A DNA stretch of 63,792 bases, the filler included, from Ionaspis alba (Eukaryota): assembly GCA_964255285.1 (NCBI GenBank). It is 7 parts of 7 records of this genome, joined end to end, with 100 filler letters (N's around TTAATTAATTAA, not from the genome) between each part and the next. Parts side by side here need not be neighbours in the genome. Positions count along the whole stretch, not along the records: positions 27,619 to 36,606 come from CAXUUL010000689.1; positions 36,707 to 45,684 come from CAXUUL010000690.1; positions 45,785 to 54,743 come from CAXUUL010000691.1; 4 more parts are not named here. The stretch is one strand, 5' to 3'. The notes under the pieces were generated by a model, which made no database searches, had not been told where the DNA came from, and saw nothing but the letters and a program-made list of their open reading frames with translations. This document shows positions 36,215 through 48,170 of the stretch, in pieces. Position 1 is the first letter of the stretch. Each line of letters begins with the position of its first letter. Made by a program: the position numbers and the translations under genes.

Positions 36215-36606
36215 ATGCATTTCTCTAAGTTCGCGGCCGTTGCCGCTCTGGCCTCCCTCAGCGTCACTGCTCTCCCGGCCGCTGCCCCCCACGCCAACGC
36301 CGACGTGGCTGAGGGTCCCGTCCAGGCTCTCACTGCTCGCAACCTTGCAGCTCTCAGCGGCCGATCCCCCAACAATGGCAAGAGCCAGAAGAGCCACAAG
36401 TCCAAGAGCAACAAATCCAAGTCCAGCAAATCTGGCTACGGCGGATATCACTACCGCCGCATCCGATCTCTCAGCCCCACTGCGAAAGCTCTGAAGCGCT
36501 CTATCTGGAAGTACTACAAGGTCCGTGATGCCCTGCCAGAGGCCAACTACGACAACTACAGCAACAAGAGTGGAAAGTCCGGAAAATCAAACAAATCCAA
36601 GAAATC
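36215..36606 (+). CDS. Secreted Lys/Ser-rich repeat precursor protein, 3' truncated by scaffold end
   Basis: Signal peptide MHFSKFAAVAALASLSVTA; strong C-ending codon bias; KSxKS repeats; RR and KR sites; R-DA-LP-EA spacer. Confidence 0.85.
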
Positions 36607-36706
36607 NNNNNNNNNNNNNNNNNNNNNNNNNNNNNNNNNNNNNNNNNNNNTTAATTAATTAANNNNNNNNNNNNNNNNNNNNNNNNNNNNNNNNNNNNNN
36701 NNNNNN
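36607..36706. other. Artificial scaffold-joining spacer
   Basis: N44-TTAATTAATTAA-N44. Confidence 0.98.
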
Positions 36707-37358
36707 GGCACCAAAGACAACCCTCTTTTCGAGCTTGAATTTGGGACATCCAAACAAGGAGGGGATGGAGTTGCACGCTTCTCTTCCGAAGCGAGACAAC
36801 TCAATCCTTTCATTGTACATGCAAGTTTAGATGTCGTTGAGGAGGTGCAATGGCTCAATAATCAGATGTGAGATCTTTCCTATTCTTTTTAATCCTCGAC
36901 CATCCACCGCGTTTTTATTCTATTTTATGGCTAATATCTTTGAACGTAGGTACCTGAAACGCATAGACCATTTTGCCTCTTCCCACATATCATGTTTCCT
37001 TACTCCAACATCTACAAAATTCCTCCTTCTCCATCTTCCTCACCCACCAAACACAGCGCCGCCTACATCATCCGCAGCCCACAATCCGTTAGTATTTCCA
37101 CCATTTGCTCCGTATACCACCACCGCTCCTCCATCTTCCCTTCTCCGTGGTTCCACGTCCTCCTCATCGGGGAATACCGCCACCATACCAAATAATCCGA
37201 CCAGCCCACAAACAGAGGAAGCAATGCGATTGTTCTTCACCGAGGTCTATGAGGCGTGGGTGAAAGCAGTGATGAACCCTTTCCAGGGCATCAATAAGTC
37301 CCTGAGTAGCCCGGTCTTTAGGGCCAGAGTCATTACTGCTGGAAAGAAATTTCTTTGA
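36707..37358 (+). CDS. TRS20: TRAPP complex subunit Trs20/sedlin, 5' truncated
   Basis: 'GTKDNPLFELEFGTSK...LNPFIVHASLDVVEEVQW...M|YLKRIDHF', 'FFTEVYEAWVKAVMNPF', 'SPVFRARV'. Intron at about 36868-36949. Confidence 0.93.
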
Positions 37359-37491
37359 TCGAGCCTTGAAATTAGGTCGCCGCCTGGAGCCTATTTCTTA
37401 GTCTTAAGTCTACTTTCTGCCATGCTTTTTGCCAACAACAGCATCTTGCAAGGCTGAAGCGAGGCGGGGCGAATCTTCCAACGCCTCGTTT

Positions 37492-38046
37492 CTATGCTGA
37501 TATACCCAGTCCGATCTCCTCTTGCTCTTCCACCACGGGCCAGATATCTTGCCCAGGCTCTTTCCAGACACGCGGCTTGCCAGAGTGACTCCGGATGGCT
37601 CTGTCTCGGCTACCTTTCGGGCTCCCCCGATTGTTTCTCCTCCCTCGTGGCTGTGGCGAACTGGGAGAGTGCGGTGGTGGTGACAACATTGGTGATGTGG
37701 GGATTTCTGGTGCTGGCGGAAGGAGCTGCGCATGATGAAAATATCGCCTTTCCATCCTTTCAATCCACTTTTTCAATTTTGCTAGAGAAGTTGAAGCTGC
37801 TTGTGTTATCGGCCTCACTTCTCCATGTGATGGTAGCCGCAATGGCGACAGGGATCGTGATCTAGGCACAATGTCGATGCCCGCGGTTATGTCATCGAGG
37901 AGCTCGTCGGGATCGTCTGATGCAGAGAGGAAAAATTCGAACGGGTTCTCGTTGATGTCTTTGGGAGTATGATGGAATACATGAACTTTGAACGGTGGCC
38001 AGGAATGATGCCGCTTGTGCCCAAGGGAAATATGAGTTGGGGACAT
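37492..38046 (-). CDS. Hypothetical Pro/Ser-rich protein
   Basis: 184-aa ATG-initiated ORF with 'DINENPFEFFLS' and C-terminal 'WKEPGQDIWPVVEEQE' blocks. Confidence 0.65.
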   Translation of the reverse strand: MSPTHISLGHKRHHSWPPFKVHVFHHTPKDINENPFEFFLSASDDPDELLDDITAGIDIVPRSRSLSPLRLPSHGEVRPITQAASTSLAKLKKWIERMERRYFHHAQLLPPAPEIPTSPMLSPPPHSPSSPQPRGRRNNRGSPKGSRDRAIRSHSGKPRVWKEPGQDIWPVVEEQEEIGLGISA

Positions 38047-39159
38047 TATATGGGGTCAATGAAACGACAGAATGCCCACAATCACCTCGGGATATGATAT
38101 GGGACTTGAATCCAGGATAGGAATATTAGTGCGACTACCTTACCGTCTTATACATTCTTGTAAGCCTTGATGACTCAAGAGTCGCGTGCTGCCTTGCCGG
38201 CGCAATCGCCCAACGTGACGCGATATTCCGCATCACGGTGAGACATGATTGTCCAGGTGACTCGATCAGGCAATGTTGAATCCAAACTTTTCGAGTCCCA
38301 CTGGCGTCTGAAAGAAGGTTACGAAAAATGAGAATTGCCGTTGCACAACATCGCGATCGATCCTTGCGGCTCTACTTATTCTTTGTATGGCGAATCATTT
38401 CGTCTTGCACTCACCGCGAATGCAGGAACGGACATCAAAGTCTTGGCAGGATGAGAAATACCCGCATGTGCGCGGCCCGCGATCTGATGACCAGATCGCC
38501 TTGGCTTTCGAATCCATCAGACCTCAACTCATGAGACGTGGTGCGGGACTTTGCCCACAGAGCCGCGCGCCCCAGCTCTAGTGCTGTGCTGCCTAGGGAC
38601 CGAAGCCGCCGAAGTGCTGGAAGATTTCCATCTCGTTCTATGAACAAGACTCAGCCCGTTCTGAGCCCCAACCTCATGTTGCGACGTAAGGGCTGGTCAC
38701 GATTGGCGAAGAGCCTCCATATTCCATTACGTGATGACTTCATTGGTGAGGCGTGTGGTATCATTTTGAGTGTTGGTGATTTGTTTTAACGCCCACGGTC
38801 GTGCTATCAGCAAGGCAGAAATCATTTTTCTTATCACTCTCGGTTGCCTTAGAAATTGCTTCTTCCCACGGTTACACTTTTATCACGCTAAATGATACGC
38901 AAGTGACATTAATCTCATGTCATTGATGTCTTGTGCATACTGCTAAGGCTTATCTGATAATATTCCGACAGCCTACTGCAGGTGACTGGTACACCTGTAC
39001 TCGAAAAGAAGAAAAATGCTAGTGCTAGAAACTGCGGTACCTTTTCCATCATGTGCTCAGACATTACCGATAACCGAAATTGGAAAGTACAATATGAAAG
39101 GACTGGCGAAATGCTAACAATCAACGCAAAGTGTAAGCCACTGTTCACAGGCTTATGCC

Positions 39160-40162
39160 TCATGGCGACATTCTTGGTCTGGTCTGCAAACCCCTTTCTC
39201 TGAGATTTTCCAGGAGCTCTCGTTCTTCTCTTCCTGTTCACGAGTCAGCTGTTAGACACCAAAGTCGAGGTAGATGCAAGCTCACCTAGCTGCGATGGTT
39301 CGGCATTATGATCAACATGGATCACTCGACTTGAGGTATTCTGAACGTTGACCCCACCTGGATTCGTGTTCGAGTTGGCACCGCCAACTGGATTCATCCG
39401 GACCAGCGAGATCCTGATCCTGTACCGTCCAGCTTCGCGGATCGCTAAGTCGGGGAAGGACATGAATCCGATTTCGCGATCCTCCTGCACTGGCGTCAAA
39501 GCGTGCACAGAATCGACCCGAGTACCTGTTAGAAGGTCCGTACGAGGCGGTGCCAGCATTGTCGATCCGTCCTCCGTAACAACCGAGAGCAATGCCCACA
39601 AAAGGGAATAGTCTTCCGGTGGTCTCCCCGTCAGATGCTGGTCTATGGTTTGGTCTAGCCGGACCACGATGGGAGGATCGAGTATATGCCCTGGTCGAAC
39701 TTGCTCTGGTGGCTCAATCAGAACGTTCATGCTGTAAGGACTTCTGGTACCCTCCGAACGCTGGTCAAATTGTGGTCTTGTGTGTCGTGGGGATGTCCTG
39801 ACTCTCCTTTGTGGTGGGGAGCTGGGATCAGTGAGTGGCACGGACTCTTGGGCCGCAATGAGATCTTCCAATGTCCTTCGTGGATGACTTGGAGTCGTGG
39901 AGTTGGTCCAAGGTCCAACAGTTTCTGTCAGAGCCTGCACAGCGTCACGAGAAAAGTACGAATCTTGATCGGCTGGTCCTGGTTCAGATGGTCCTGGTTC
40001 GGCGTCTTCTCTCGCTACTAGTAGCCTAGAAAGACGCTGAGATCGCCTGAGGCTTGCAGAGTCTGCCCTTGCACGTGTGGAGGTCGAGTGATGAATCGCT
40101 CCTCGCGAAGCTCTAGATACAGTGCTTGCACTAGACCCCCTTCGTCTTCTACGGCCAGGCAT
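39160..40162 (-). CDS. Velvet-domain protein (divergent, C-terminal velvet fold)
   Basis: 'YSMNVLIEPPEQVRPG..LDPPIVVRL', 'LLTGTRVDS', 'FMSFPDLAIREAGRYRIRISLVRM', 'SRVIHV'. Intron 39285-39234, then GREERELLENLRERGL...*. Confidence 0.8.
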
Positions 40163-43100
40163 CGAACTCGGGCTCTGTAGGGAAAATTGTGTTATTTGGT
40201 GCTCGATAGTGCAGAAGTGCGAAAGAGCAGATCAACGAATAATTGACAGATACAAAAGGTACGACTTGTGCAACGAGCTGTGAACAGAGAATATACTGAT
40301 ACAAATAGAATCATCATAGCCGTCCTCTAGGACTTATTCACAGAAGGACTGCTCTTAGGAGAAGGGTGATGGGAACCAAAAGAAGGAAACAGCGCAGTGC
40401 AAGACTCAATATAAGTGTTGCGAGTCAAGGGATCGAGGAAGTTATGCCACTCACCACACTACCCGACAACCAGGATTCTATCGAATTTCGGATTGAGTTC
40501 TCGAGCGCTGCCATATGCAAAGTTTGGAAGCACTTGGCAAATTCTAATCACATGCACGTGCTAGAACGGCCACACTGCTGCTCTGTTTCGATAGTCGAAT
40601 CAGATCAAATGAGGAGGACGTCCACAGTCACCCAAATAGCTAGTGGCGTCTAACGCCAGCTCGTTAGGGTCGATGTGCTGCAAGCAACGCGTCAGTCGCC
40701 TTCTCATCCATCGACGTGTGATCCAAACGACGTGGACGTCGAATGGTTCCCTTAGGATAACGGGTAGTTGGGGAGGCGAGGGGGTCATGAACTTACCCGC
40801 AATTTATGATTTGATGATCAGATGGTGCTAGCTAGCAAGCTACAATAGCGCCAGGGGATCTCGGGAAGGGAAGATGAAGCTTGCTGGAAATATCTCCGAC
40901 CTCTACCTCAGGTTATATATCTTCCGTCGGGCATCCAGAGTGGTACCAACGAAAAAGCACTTTGCATTCTCTGCTCCACAACTCTCTCCCATACCAGAAA
41001 AGAGGCGGTCATGAGATCACTATTTCAACAAAACAATTGCCATGCTCAGATCAGGCGCATATTACCAGGATCGAGTGCCCGAAGCGATGGCAGCCGAAAG
41101 ATCCTGCGGACTTTGAGCAAATCACCAGAGTGTCGGGAGACGGCTTGATACAAGAAGGGATATCTTGCACGCGCTGCAATCGCCGAAAAAGCGAAGTTCC
41201 TTCAGGCGAAGGCTTGACTTGGCCTGGGTTTGGATGTTGCGGACTCCCCTGCAAGTGGCGGCGGGATGGATCCATGGTTCAGGACTTCAACTACATCACA
41301 TGCAGCTCGGATACCATGGCGTAGGGAGAGTTTCACCCACATCAAGGCTTTTGCCGACCAAGGCGATGTTGGTAGCTGGGAAAGAATGCATGGGGATCGG
41401 CGCAGGAACGGTCAAACACGCACCAACGTCGTCCAGAGTGACCCTCCTCAGGAAGGATTAAGGTAAAGAAAGCTACGTGTGTGGAGATGCGATGCCATCG
41501 CCACAATTACCATGCTTGGGTCTAGGCATTCTTCTTGGCGCACACCCTTCAAGACCTAGCGTCCCGAATAGGTATAGCGGCTCCCTCGGCTGGTCCTAAT
41601 CAGTCTTCGACTCTGCTTGCTTGCCTAAAGAGGAAAGGAGCAATCCCAAACGAGATCACGAAGGTCGTGAAAGTCAAGCCGTGGGCGTAATCGTAGTACT
41701 CTCGCTCCATAGCAATCGAATCTGGCACCTGCGCTATCATCAACAACAACCAACACAATACACATTCCTCCAAAAGCCTACGTAAGTGGGGGTTTCTTCC
41801 GATCACTTCCATTTCTTGACTGGGAAGATCCATGAATGTTACAAGGGAAATATGATGCGATCAAGTTTTCTATCTCCGTATACATCTGAGCTGAAATTAC
41901 GTTGTCGCAAGATACCTCTGGAGCTGAAATGGTCCCCAAGGAGGGTAGGGTAGTTTAGTTATACACACAGTTGGGATAAACAAACAGTCCAAAGTACACG
42001 TACATGCATGTACATACATGAGACGAAGGGAAGGGAGGGATAAGGGTCTGTCTGTCGGCCAGCAGGATTGCGTAGCGTACTCACAGATCTCAAGGATCTC
42101 AAAAGGAATCCCAAGGATGATCTTGGATTGACTGCATCAGCTGTCAGATCTCGGTAAGTAGGGCTAAGCAGTACCGAGCCAAACTTCAAGAGACGGGAGA
42201 TCAGCTCTGTCAAAAGGGGAGTGGAACCAGGGTCAGGGCAGAGGAGTACGGTGATTGGTGTACCGAATTCCAGTTCTACCTTTCCTTCTGCACACGCACA
42301 GGAAACAACGGAGTCCTCGCCCCGGCTTTCTCCTTTCCTCCCTCGCGCATCGCCCCCTCTCTGTTTGGTTGACGGCGCTGACGCCTCACGATCTAGATGG
42401 GCTGCATCTGGCCCATCGTATGGCCCGTGGGTGGATCTTGCCGCCGACAAAGCTTGGCATGAACGTCACCTCTTCCTCCTTCTCTTCCTTTTCTTCACTA
42501 CACCGTCGAAACAAATACCTACGACGCCAAAAAAACAAAGAGGTCGTACTACTGGACTTAGAGTTGCGGCGACACTCTTGCCACCAACAGCTGACTCGCG
42601 GTCGTGAATAGAGAGTTTCTTTCGCATAAACTTCGGCGAGGGGAAGGGAGGTGTGCGACACATCATTTCGAGGATGGCTTTTGTGTTGTGCGCCATTGCG
42701 CTGGAAAGGTTGTTCGTTGCAGCTGGACAGGGGGTTTGGTACTTGAGGTCTGCGGATGCCTTCATGATGCGGACGAGTGCTCCACCGCGGTTCTAGAGGG
42801 TCGTTGCCTGAAGCTTCAGCGGCTCTTTCCGTCAGTATCAGCTTAGATGGTCCACATGGTTGCGGTGGTCGGTCGTTGGGGAAATGCGGAGTATGTGAGT
42901 GTATGATGGATATCGACTTCGATGATGGCTACGTTGAAGCTTCGAATATTGAGTCGGTATCAGAATTTCCAGTGCAATGGAGTCATCCTTTGGATGCATG
43001 TCCGACTGCACGACGGTCATTGTAACAATCTGGAAGAGTTGTTTGAACGACGCCTTCCCTGAATGCTCGGTAGGTAAGGTATCAGGTCGCGACTACCTCA

Positions 43101-43302
43101 ATACCATTGTTGAATTGCTACACATCAATCATGATTGATGTTCCTTCAATTCAATGCTTTTACCACTTCGTTGCATCTTGTATCAGCAGCACTTTTCAAA
43201 TACAGATTCTGAGCATCATTTTCTATCACAAGCAGACAAGATTACACTCCACAGCGTTAGCTTTTGAGGACACTCCTGCTCAACTCGAGCAGAGCAGTAC
43301 GA

Positions 43303-43644
43303 ATGTATCTCCCATCTCCATCTCTCGCACTCATCGTTACCCTCTCCATTGTTGCGGCTCTCGGCCTCCTACTCTGCGCCTGTTGGGGGAGGTGCATTCC
43401 TTTTCAGAGAAACAGAGGCCTAGAGCCTAGTGACCGTATCCCGCTGTCTTCTCCTTCACGCCCGATATCTCGTGCTCCGCAAACTCTCCCGCCGACACAA
43501 ACTCCTTGGCCTCAGCTCCCGCAATTCGCTCCTCCACGTTCGGAATCTCCTTCTCATCCTCCAGATTGTCCTTGCTGTCTGTCTCACCGTCGGACTCCTC
43601 CTCCACAAACCCCTGCAGAAATACCGCCTTCCAGAACTTACTAG
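43303..43644 (+). CDS. Small single-pass membrane protein with Pro-rich tail (hypothetical)
   Basis: MYLPSPSLALIVTLSIVAALGLLLCACWGR TM segment with juxtamembrane Cys; 113 aa. Confidence 0.45.
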   Translation: MYLPSPSLALIVTLSIVAALGLLLCACWGRCIPFQRNRGLEPSDRIPLSSPSRPISRAPQTLPPTQTPWPQLPQFAPPRSESPSHPPDCPCCLSHRRTPPPQTPAEIPPSRTY

Positions 43645-43680
43645 GGAGTGTCATAAATAGACATCTGTACCCTTCGAGCT

Positions 43681-45684
43681 ATGCCCATTCCGGCGATAAC
43701 CATCCCACAGTCAGACGAGGAAAATGCTACACAACAATGGCCCATTGCCTTCATTAAAAAAGTCCTTATTGTAACACTTGCCGGAATGGTCTCACCATTC
43801 ATCATCTGGTTCTTCTATCATCTCTGCACGAATTCCGGTTGCTCAAAGATCTACAAAGGCACCGGAGGCGCAGATCGCCGGCGATATGTGCGTACGTGGT
43901 ATGGCTGGGTCGAAACGTCTAAGCACGACCGTCGTCGGCGAAGGTGGGATGATATCAAGGGCTTTGTTTCGAGAAATCTTCGTTGGAGGACTACAACAGC
44001 CAATTACGACTGGGTCTTCTGGGATCCTGGTGGGACGAGATACAAGGAGTATGAAGCTCGTAAGGAGAGCACCTTTATTGCTTACCTGCCTCAGTGGATG
44101 CGAAGTTACAAGCCTGGTGCCTTGCACCCTTCCCGTACTCCAAGTCCTAGTCAAGATGATCTCGAACAGGGATATGGTATGTCGGAAAAGCCCATGACTC
44201 TGAATGAAAAGCAACCCCCGGGACTCTACATGTCTGGAGCACTGTCAAGTCAACGAGATCTATCCACTATCAGACGCCGGCGTCTCCTACCTGGAAAACC
44301 TGAAATCTGGCGGAGAGGTAGTGAAGAAATGGAGCGAGCGACAAAAACGCAACTGCTAGTACCGAAGCAGGACTCAGCAGAAGCCAGACCGCAGAATACA
44401 TTACCATCTATCACCGTGTTATCCCCACGGATCGAACACCGTATCACTTCGAAGACTCAGTTTGATGAAGACTGGGGTCCTCGTCCGCTGCAACCTACTT
44501 GCGCCAATACGACAAGCAGTACTCCTAGCAAAGCGAATCCTCGAGTCTTCTCCACACCTAATTTATCACAACGCGATGGTCACGCTGTCCAAGCGTCCAA
44601 GCCGTACGCTACTTATCACTGTTCAACAGACGGTGTTTCCTTGCCCCCAAGATTAGCCAAGCAGATTTCCCGACCTAGAATCTCAGGAAAACCATCTTTC
44701 CCACAATTGAAGAAACGAATTCGAGAGAACAATCGGCCACAAGGTCATTCTTCAAGTCCTCCCACGAGATACTGCACTGCACCACCTACTGTCGCCAATC
44801 GAGTCGTCAGTCTAGCTTCTAAATGCTGCGATACAGTAGGCGTTGTGGCATCCCGACCTGCCAGCCTAACACCGCATTCATTCCATGCCAGTGAGCTGCA
44901 GCCAGACCTCAGCACTTACGAAGCCGAATCATCTCTCGACGAAGCAATTTCACTGCGAAGCTCTAGCAGCATTACGAGCCAGATCGACACCGTCAACAGT
45001 ACCGCAACTCGCTTGCACTGGTATGAGCAACCCTCTGCCGCTTGGACAGACAAATGGAAACCACCATCCAGCTTACAACTCGCGACCATTGGCTCAAGAA
45101 AGCGACCACCCACCGTCCTCTCTTCGATGACAAAGCTCTCCGTCGCCACCGATAACACCTTACTCCTCCTCCGCAAGCGCCGGCGCCCAATCGACCGCGC
45201 AATCCACGCCCCAGATACATCCCAATCCTCCCACATCGACGAATCCAAAACCATAGTAATCGCCAGCCAACCGGCAGGACCCATCAAACACAACCTCAAC
45301 CTCACCCACAACCACGCCATCCAAAAGCGACCTTCTCGCTCCATAAGCAACGACTCAGCAACCCACCTCCAACCTCCCGACCCAACCTTCCTCCACACCC
45401 TCCACACCCACCTCGACTGGCTCCACCACGAGCTCTCCCCGGGCTTCCGCGGCCCCCGCAGCGGCCACTACAACATCTGGCACCACGGCTCACGCCCCTT
45501 CTACGATCCCGGTCCCTCAATGGATGTGAACAGCCGGGCGACTCAGCGCTCGATCCAACGTCGCCACAGACACGCAAATGCCAGAATCCGGCAGGCTGTT
45601 TCAAATTCCTCGGCCCCGTGCAAAGTCGAGGAGGTGACTTGGAAGGAGATTGGGGAGTGGAGAGGGGAGGTTAATGCGCTAAGG
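43681..45684 (+). CDS. Hypothetical protein with N-terminal TM and Trp-rich juxtamembrane domain, 3' truncated
   Basis: More than 660 codons open. TM 'VLIVTLAGMVSPFIIWFFY', then 'RRYVRTWYGWV...WRTTTANYDWVFWDP' and a long disordered Ser/Pro region. Confidence 0.75.
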
Positions 45685-45784
45685 NNNNNNNNNNNNNNNN
45701 NNNNNNNNNNNNNNNNNNNNNNNNNNNNTTAATTAATTAANNNNNNNNNNNNNNNNNNNNNNNNNNNNNNNNNNNNNNNNNNNN
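45685..45784. other. Artificial scaffold-joining spacer
   Basis: N44-TTAATTAATTAA-N44. Confidence 0.98.
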
Positions 45785-45872
45785 TCAACTGACTTGAGGC
45801 GCTGCAAGTGTGGACATGATCGTCGGCCAACAATCCATGGACTTGGAGCTCTACTTTGAGGCGCTCCGAATC

Positions 45873-46195
45873 TTAGTCTGAACCAGATTCTTCTGGCACC
45901 TGTTGAGTGTTTGCTAATTCCTAAGAGGGACACCATAAGCATTGAGGGAAGGACAGATTCCTCATCGTTACCTCTTCCAGCCTGGCTTTGAGGCTCGACA
46001 ACTGATCCTCCTTGACGACCAGGGTCTGGTCGTCTAGATCCTCGACGATGTAGTCGTGCTTGTCCTGATCAATCTTGAGTATTATTGCTTTGATGGATGG
46101 ATCGCACTCGACCAGGACGCCTGGGTTCTCCACGTCAGAGAATTGTAGTCGGCAATAGTACTGTCAAGCTGTCTACCTTTAATGGCTTTGGGCAT
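45873..46195 (-). CDS. TFB5: TFIIH subunit Tfb5/TTDA
   Basis: MPKAIKG|VLVECDPSIKAIILKIDQDKHDYIVEDLDDQTLVVKE...RLEE|ELANTQQVPEESGSD*. Two GT-AG introns. Confidence 0.95.
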
Positions 46196-46661
46196 ATCTA
46201 AATAGCTTGTATTGGAACTCGGCGCTTTGCGTAACTGATAGGACCGTCGTGGGCTGCAGTCGGTGGCTAGCAGGTGGCCAGCTTGACACTAAGGAGAGAC
46301 TATGAGATTTCAACAAGTACAGATAGTCTTAATGAAAACGGCAATGCCTTTCTTTGAGCCGACCGGGTTTAGTCCGTAACATTTACAGAAGCTTCATTGA
46401 GCTATTTACGTGCAAAGGGAAGGCTGAGCAATAATTGGTTGCCGTAATAGGGCTGGGAATCGTGCGTCCGAGACGTAGGGTGACGAATCCCAGATATTCC
46501 CCCTCGCATTCCCTCCTTACCTACGATCTACCTCCACTGTCAGTTCGCTCTTCAAGTCTTCATTGCCTTCAACTAACGTTCGTCACTTTGTTTTCCAATC
46601 GGTGCTGAGATCCGACGCTGAAGAGAGGATCCTCCTCCGTCGAGCTCTCCACCTTTCCATA

Positions 46662-47294
46662 ATGGCAACTTCCAGCTTCGCATCTACAGCTTCCACCCTA
46701 TTACTCTTGTCCTTATTCCATTTCGCAGTCAAAGCACAAGATCCATCGAGTACGAACAATAATTCACCAGGCTTCTTCCCTTCCACCACGGAAACGCCGC
46801 CTTATTCCTCCCCTGGATACGGCAATACCTTCAATTACTACTTCGTCCTCATCGCAATCTTCGTGCTTATCGTCATTCTATCATACGTGATACTTCTCCG
46901 TCGAAGACGTCGAATTCTCAACCAGCGTCGTGCAAGAGGAGAGAATGTGGATGACATCGAGGGTCGAAGATGGGTTGGATCGCGGTGGATACCTATCGGG
47001 ATATCAGAAACACGACGAGAAGAAGGGCTGAATGAAAGAGGGGAGGCACCACCGCCCTATATGCCTGGCCAAGGTCCGCAGCCGTTACATGCTGGTGCTG
47101 GACACGGAATAGCGATGCAGGATCTGTCTGGGAAACCTCCTGATTATGATGCACATTCCAGCGAGGAGGATGACCTCGAGCTTACCAGGCCTGCACCTGT
47201 TCATCGACCGGATGAGAGACCGACCCCCGCTGGGACATCTGCTGAGAGTAACGCGATTGCCATGCAGGGTATCAGGGTGAGCGGGACTGGATAA
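46662..47294 (+). CDS. Single-pass membrane protein with PY motifs (possible Rsp5 ubiquitin-ligase adaptor)
   Basis: Signal peptide, TM 'YYFVLIAIFVLIVILSYVILL', RRRRR, 'EEGLNERGEAPPPY', 'KPPDY'. Confidence 0.8.
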   Translation: MATSSFASTASTLLLLSLFHFAVKAQDPSSTNNNSPGFFPSTTETPPYSSPGYGNTFNYYFVLIAIFVLIVILSYVILLRRRRRILNQRRARGENVDDIEGRRWVGSRWIPIGISETRREEGLNERGEAPPPYMPGQGPQPLHAGAGHGIAMQDLSGKPPDYDAHSSEEDDLELTRPAPVHRPDERPTPAGTSAESNAIAMQGIRVSGTG

Positions 47295-47960
47295 AGCGAG
47301 CAGATGGAAGAGATTGGTTCAGGCAGAGCAGCGATATCAGCGTACTCTACTACCTCAGCACGTACGCGTAATCAGAATCGCTCTCCGATATCATAGGGGA
47401 TCCACAGCCAGCTCTAGCAGCGAGGTCTTGGCGTGAGCAGAGACGTTTGCATGACCAGATCCAATTGGTATTGCTGGGTATGGGAACCGTATTTCATAGC
47501 GTGGCGTTGGACGGGTGATCAATGTGTCTACTTCATTGACATTATTGGGCGCAATGGGCGCTCAGTGGTCATGCACAGCGTTGTAAGCAAAGAAAATTCA
47601 TTCGAGGGTATAAAATCACTATGTCACGACGGATGGTTCAACGAGCTTCTACCTATTCTTGGAGATTCCTCCGATGTCGAGTCGAGTTGAGCACTTGGCT
47701 CCTACACACTACATCCATATTTAGAACATCTGGAAAAGTCCTCTATGATACTTCAACCGGAATTTCTGCTGGAAAGAATTGATTCCTGTTGTGTCTCCGC
47801 GGCTTTCTATAGGAGGTCTTTCATTCCTCGGACTGCTTCATTGCCTCATCACCTAATCCTCCTTGAAGGTCATTTAGTTCGCCGGCTGAGGCGACAGGGT
47901 TCTTCTTCAATTGGTCTGACGAAAGCGGTCAACCTCCATCTACAAGTCATGCGGTCTTAC

Positions 47961-48170
47961 CATCCGACAGCAAGTAGTATCTCGATGGCAAGATTCATAG
48001 CAAACCTTTCAAGAANNNNNNNNNNNNNNNNNNNNNNNNNNNNNNNNNNNNNNNNNNNNNNNNNNNNNNNNNNNNNNNNNNNNNNNNNNNNNNNNNNNNN
48101 NNNNNNNNNNNNNNNCATCCGACAGCAAGTAGTATCTCGATGGCAAGATTCATAGCAAACCTTTCAAGAA
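47961..48170. other. 100-N gap with 55-bp identical flanks (assembler overlap)
   Basis: 47961-48015 is identical to 48116-48170. Confidence 0.9.

Noticed and set aside
40881..43025. Short Cys-containing ORFs upstream of the velvet gene
   Set aside because: No coherent start, splice pattern or motif; cannot be supported as genes.
47961..48170. 55-bp direct repeats as target-site duplication or LTR ends (also 32153-32362)
   Set aside because: Both pairs are exactly 55 bp and directly abut 100-N gaps, which indicates assembler overlap.
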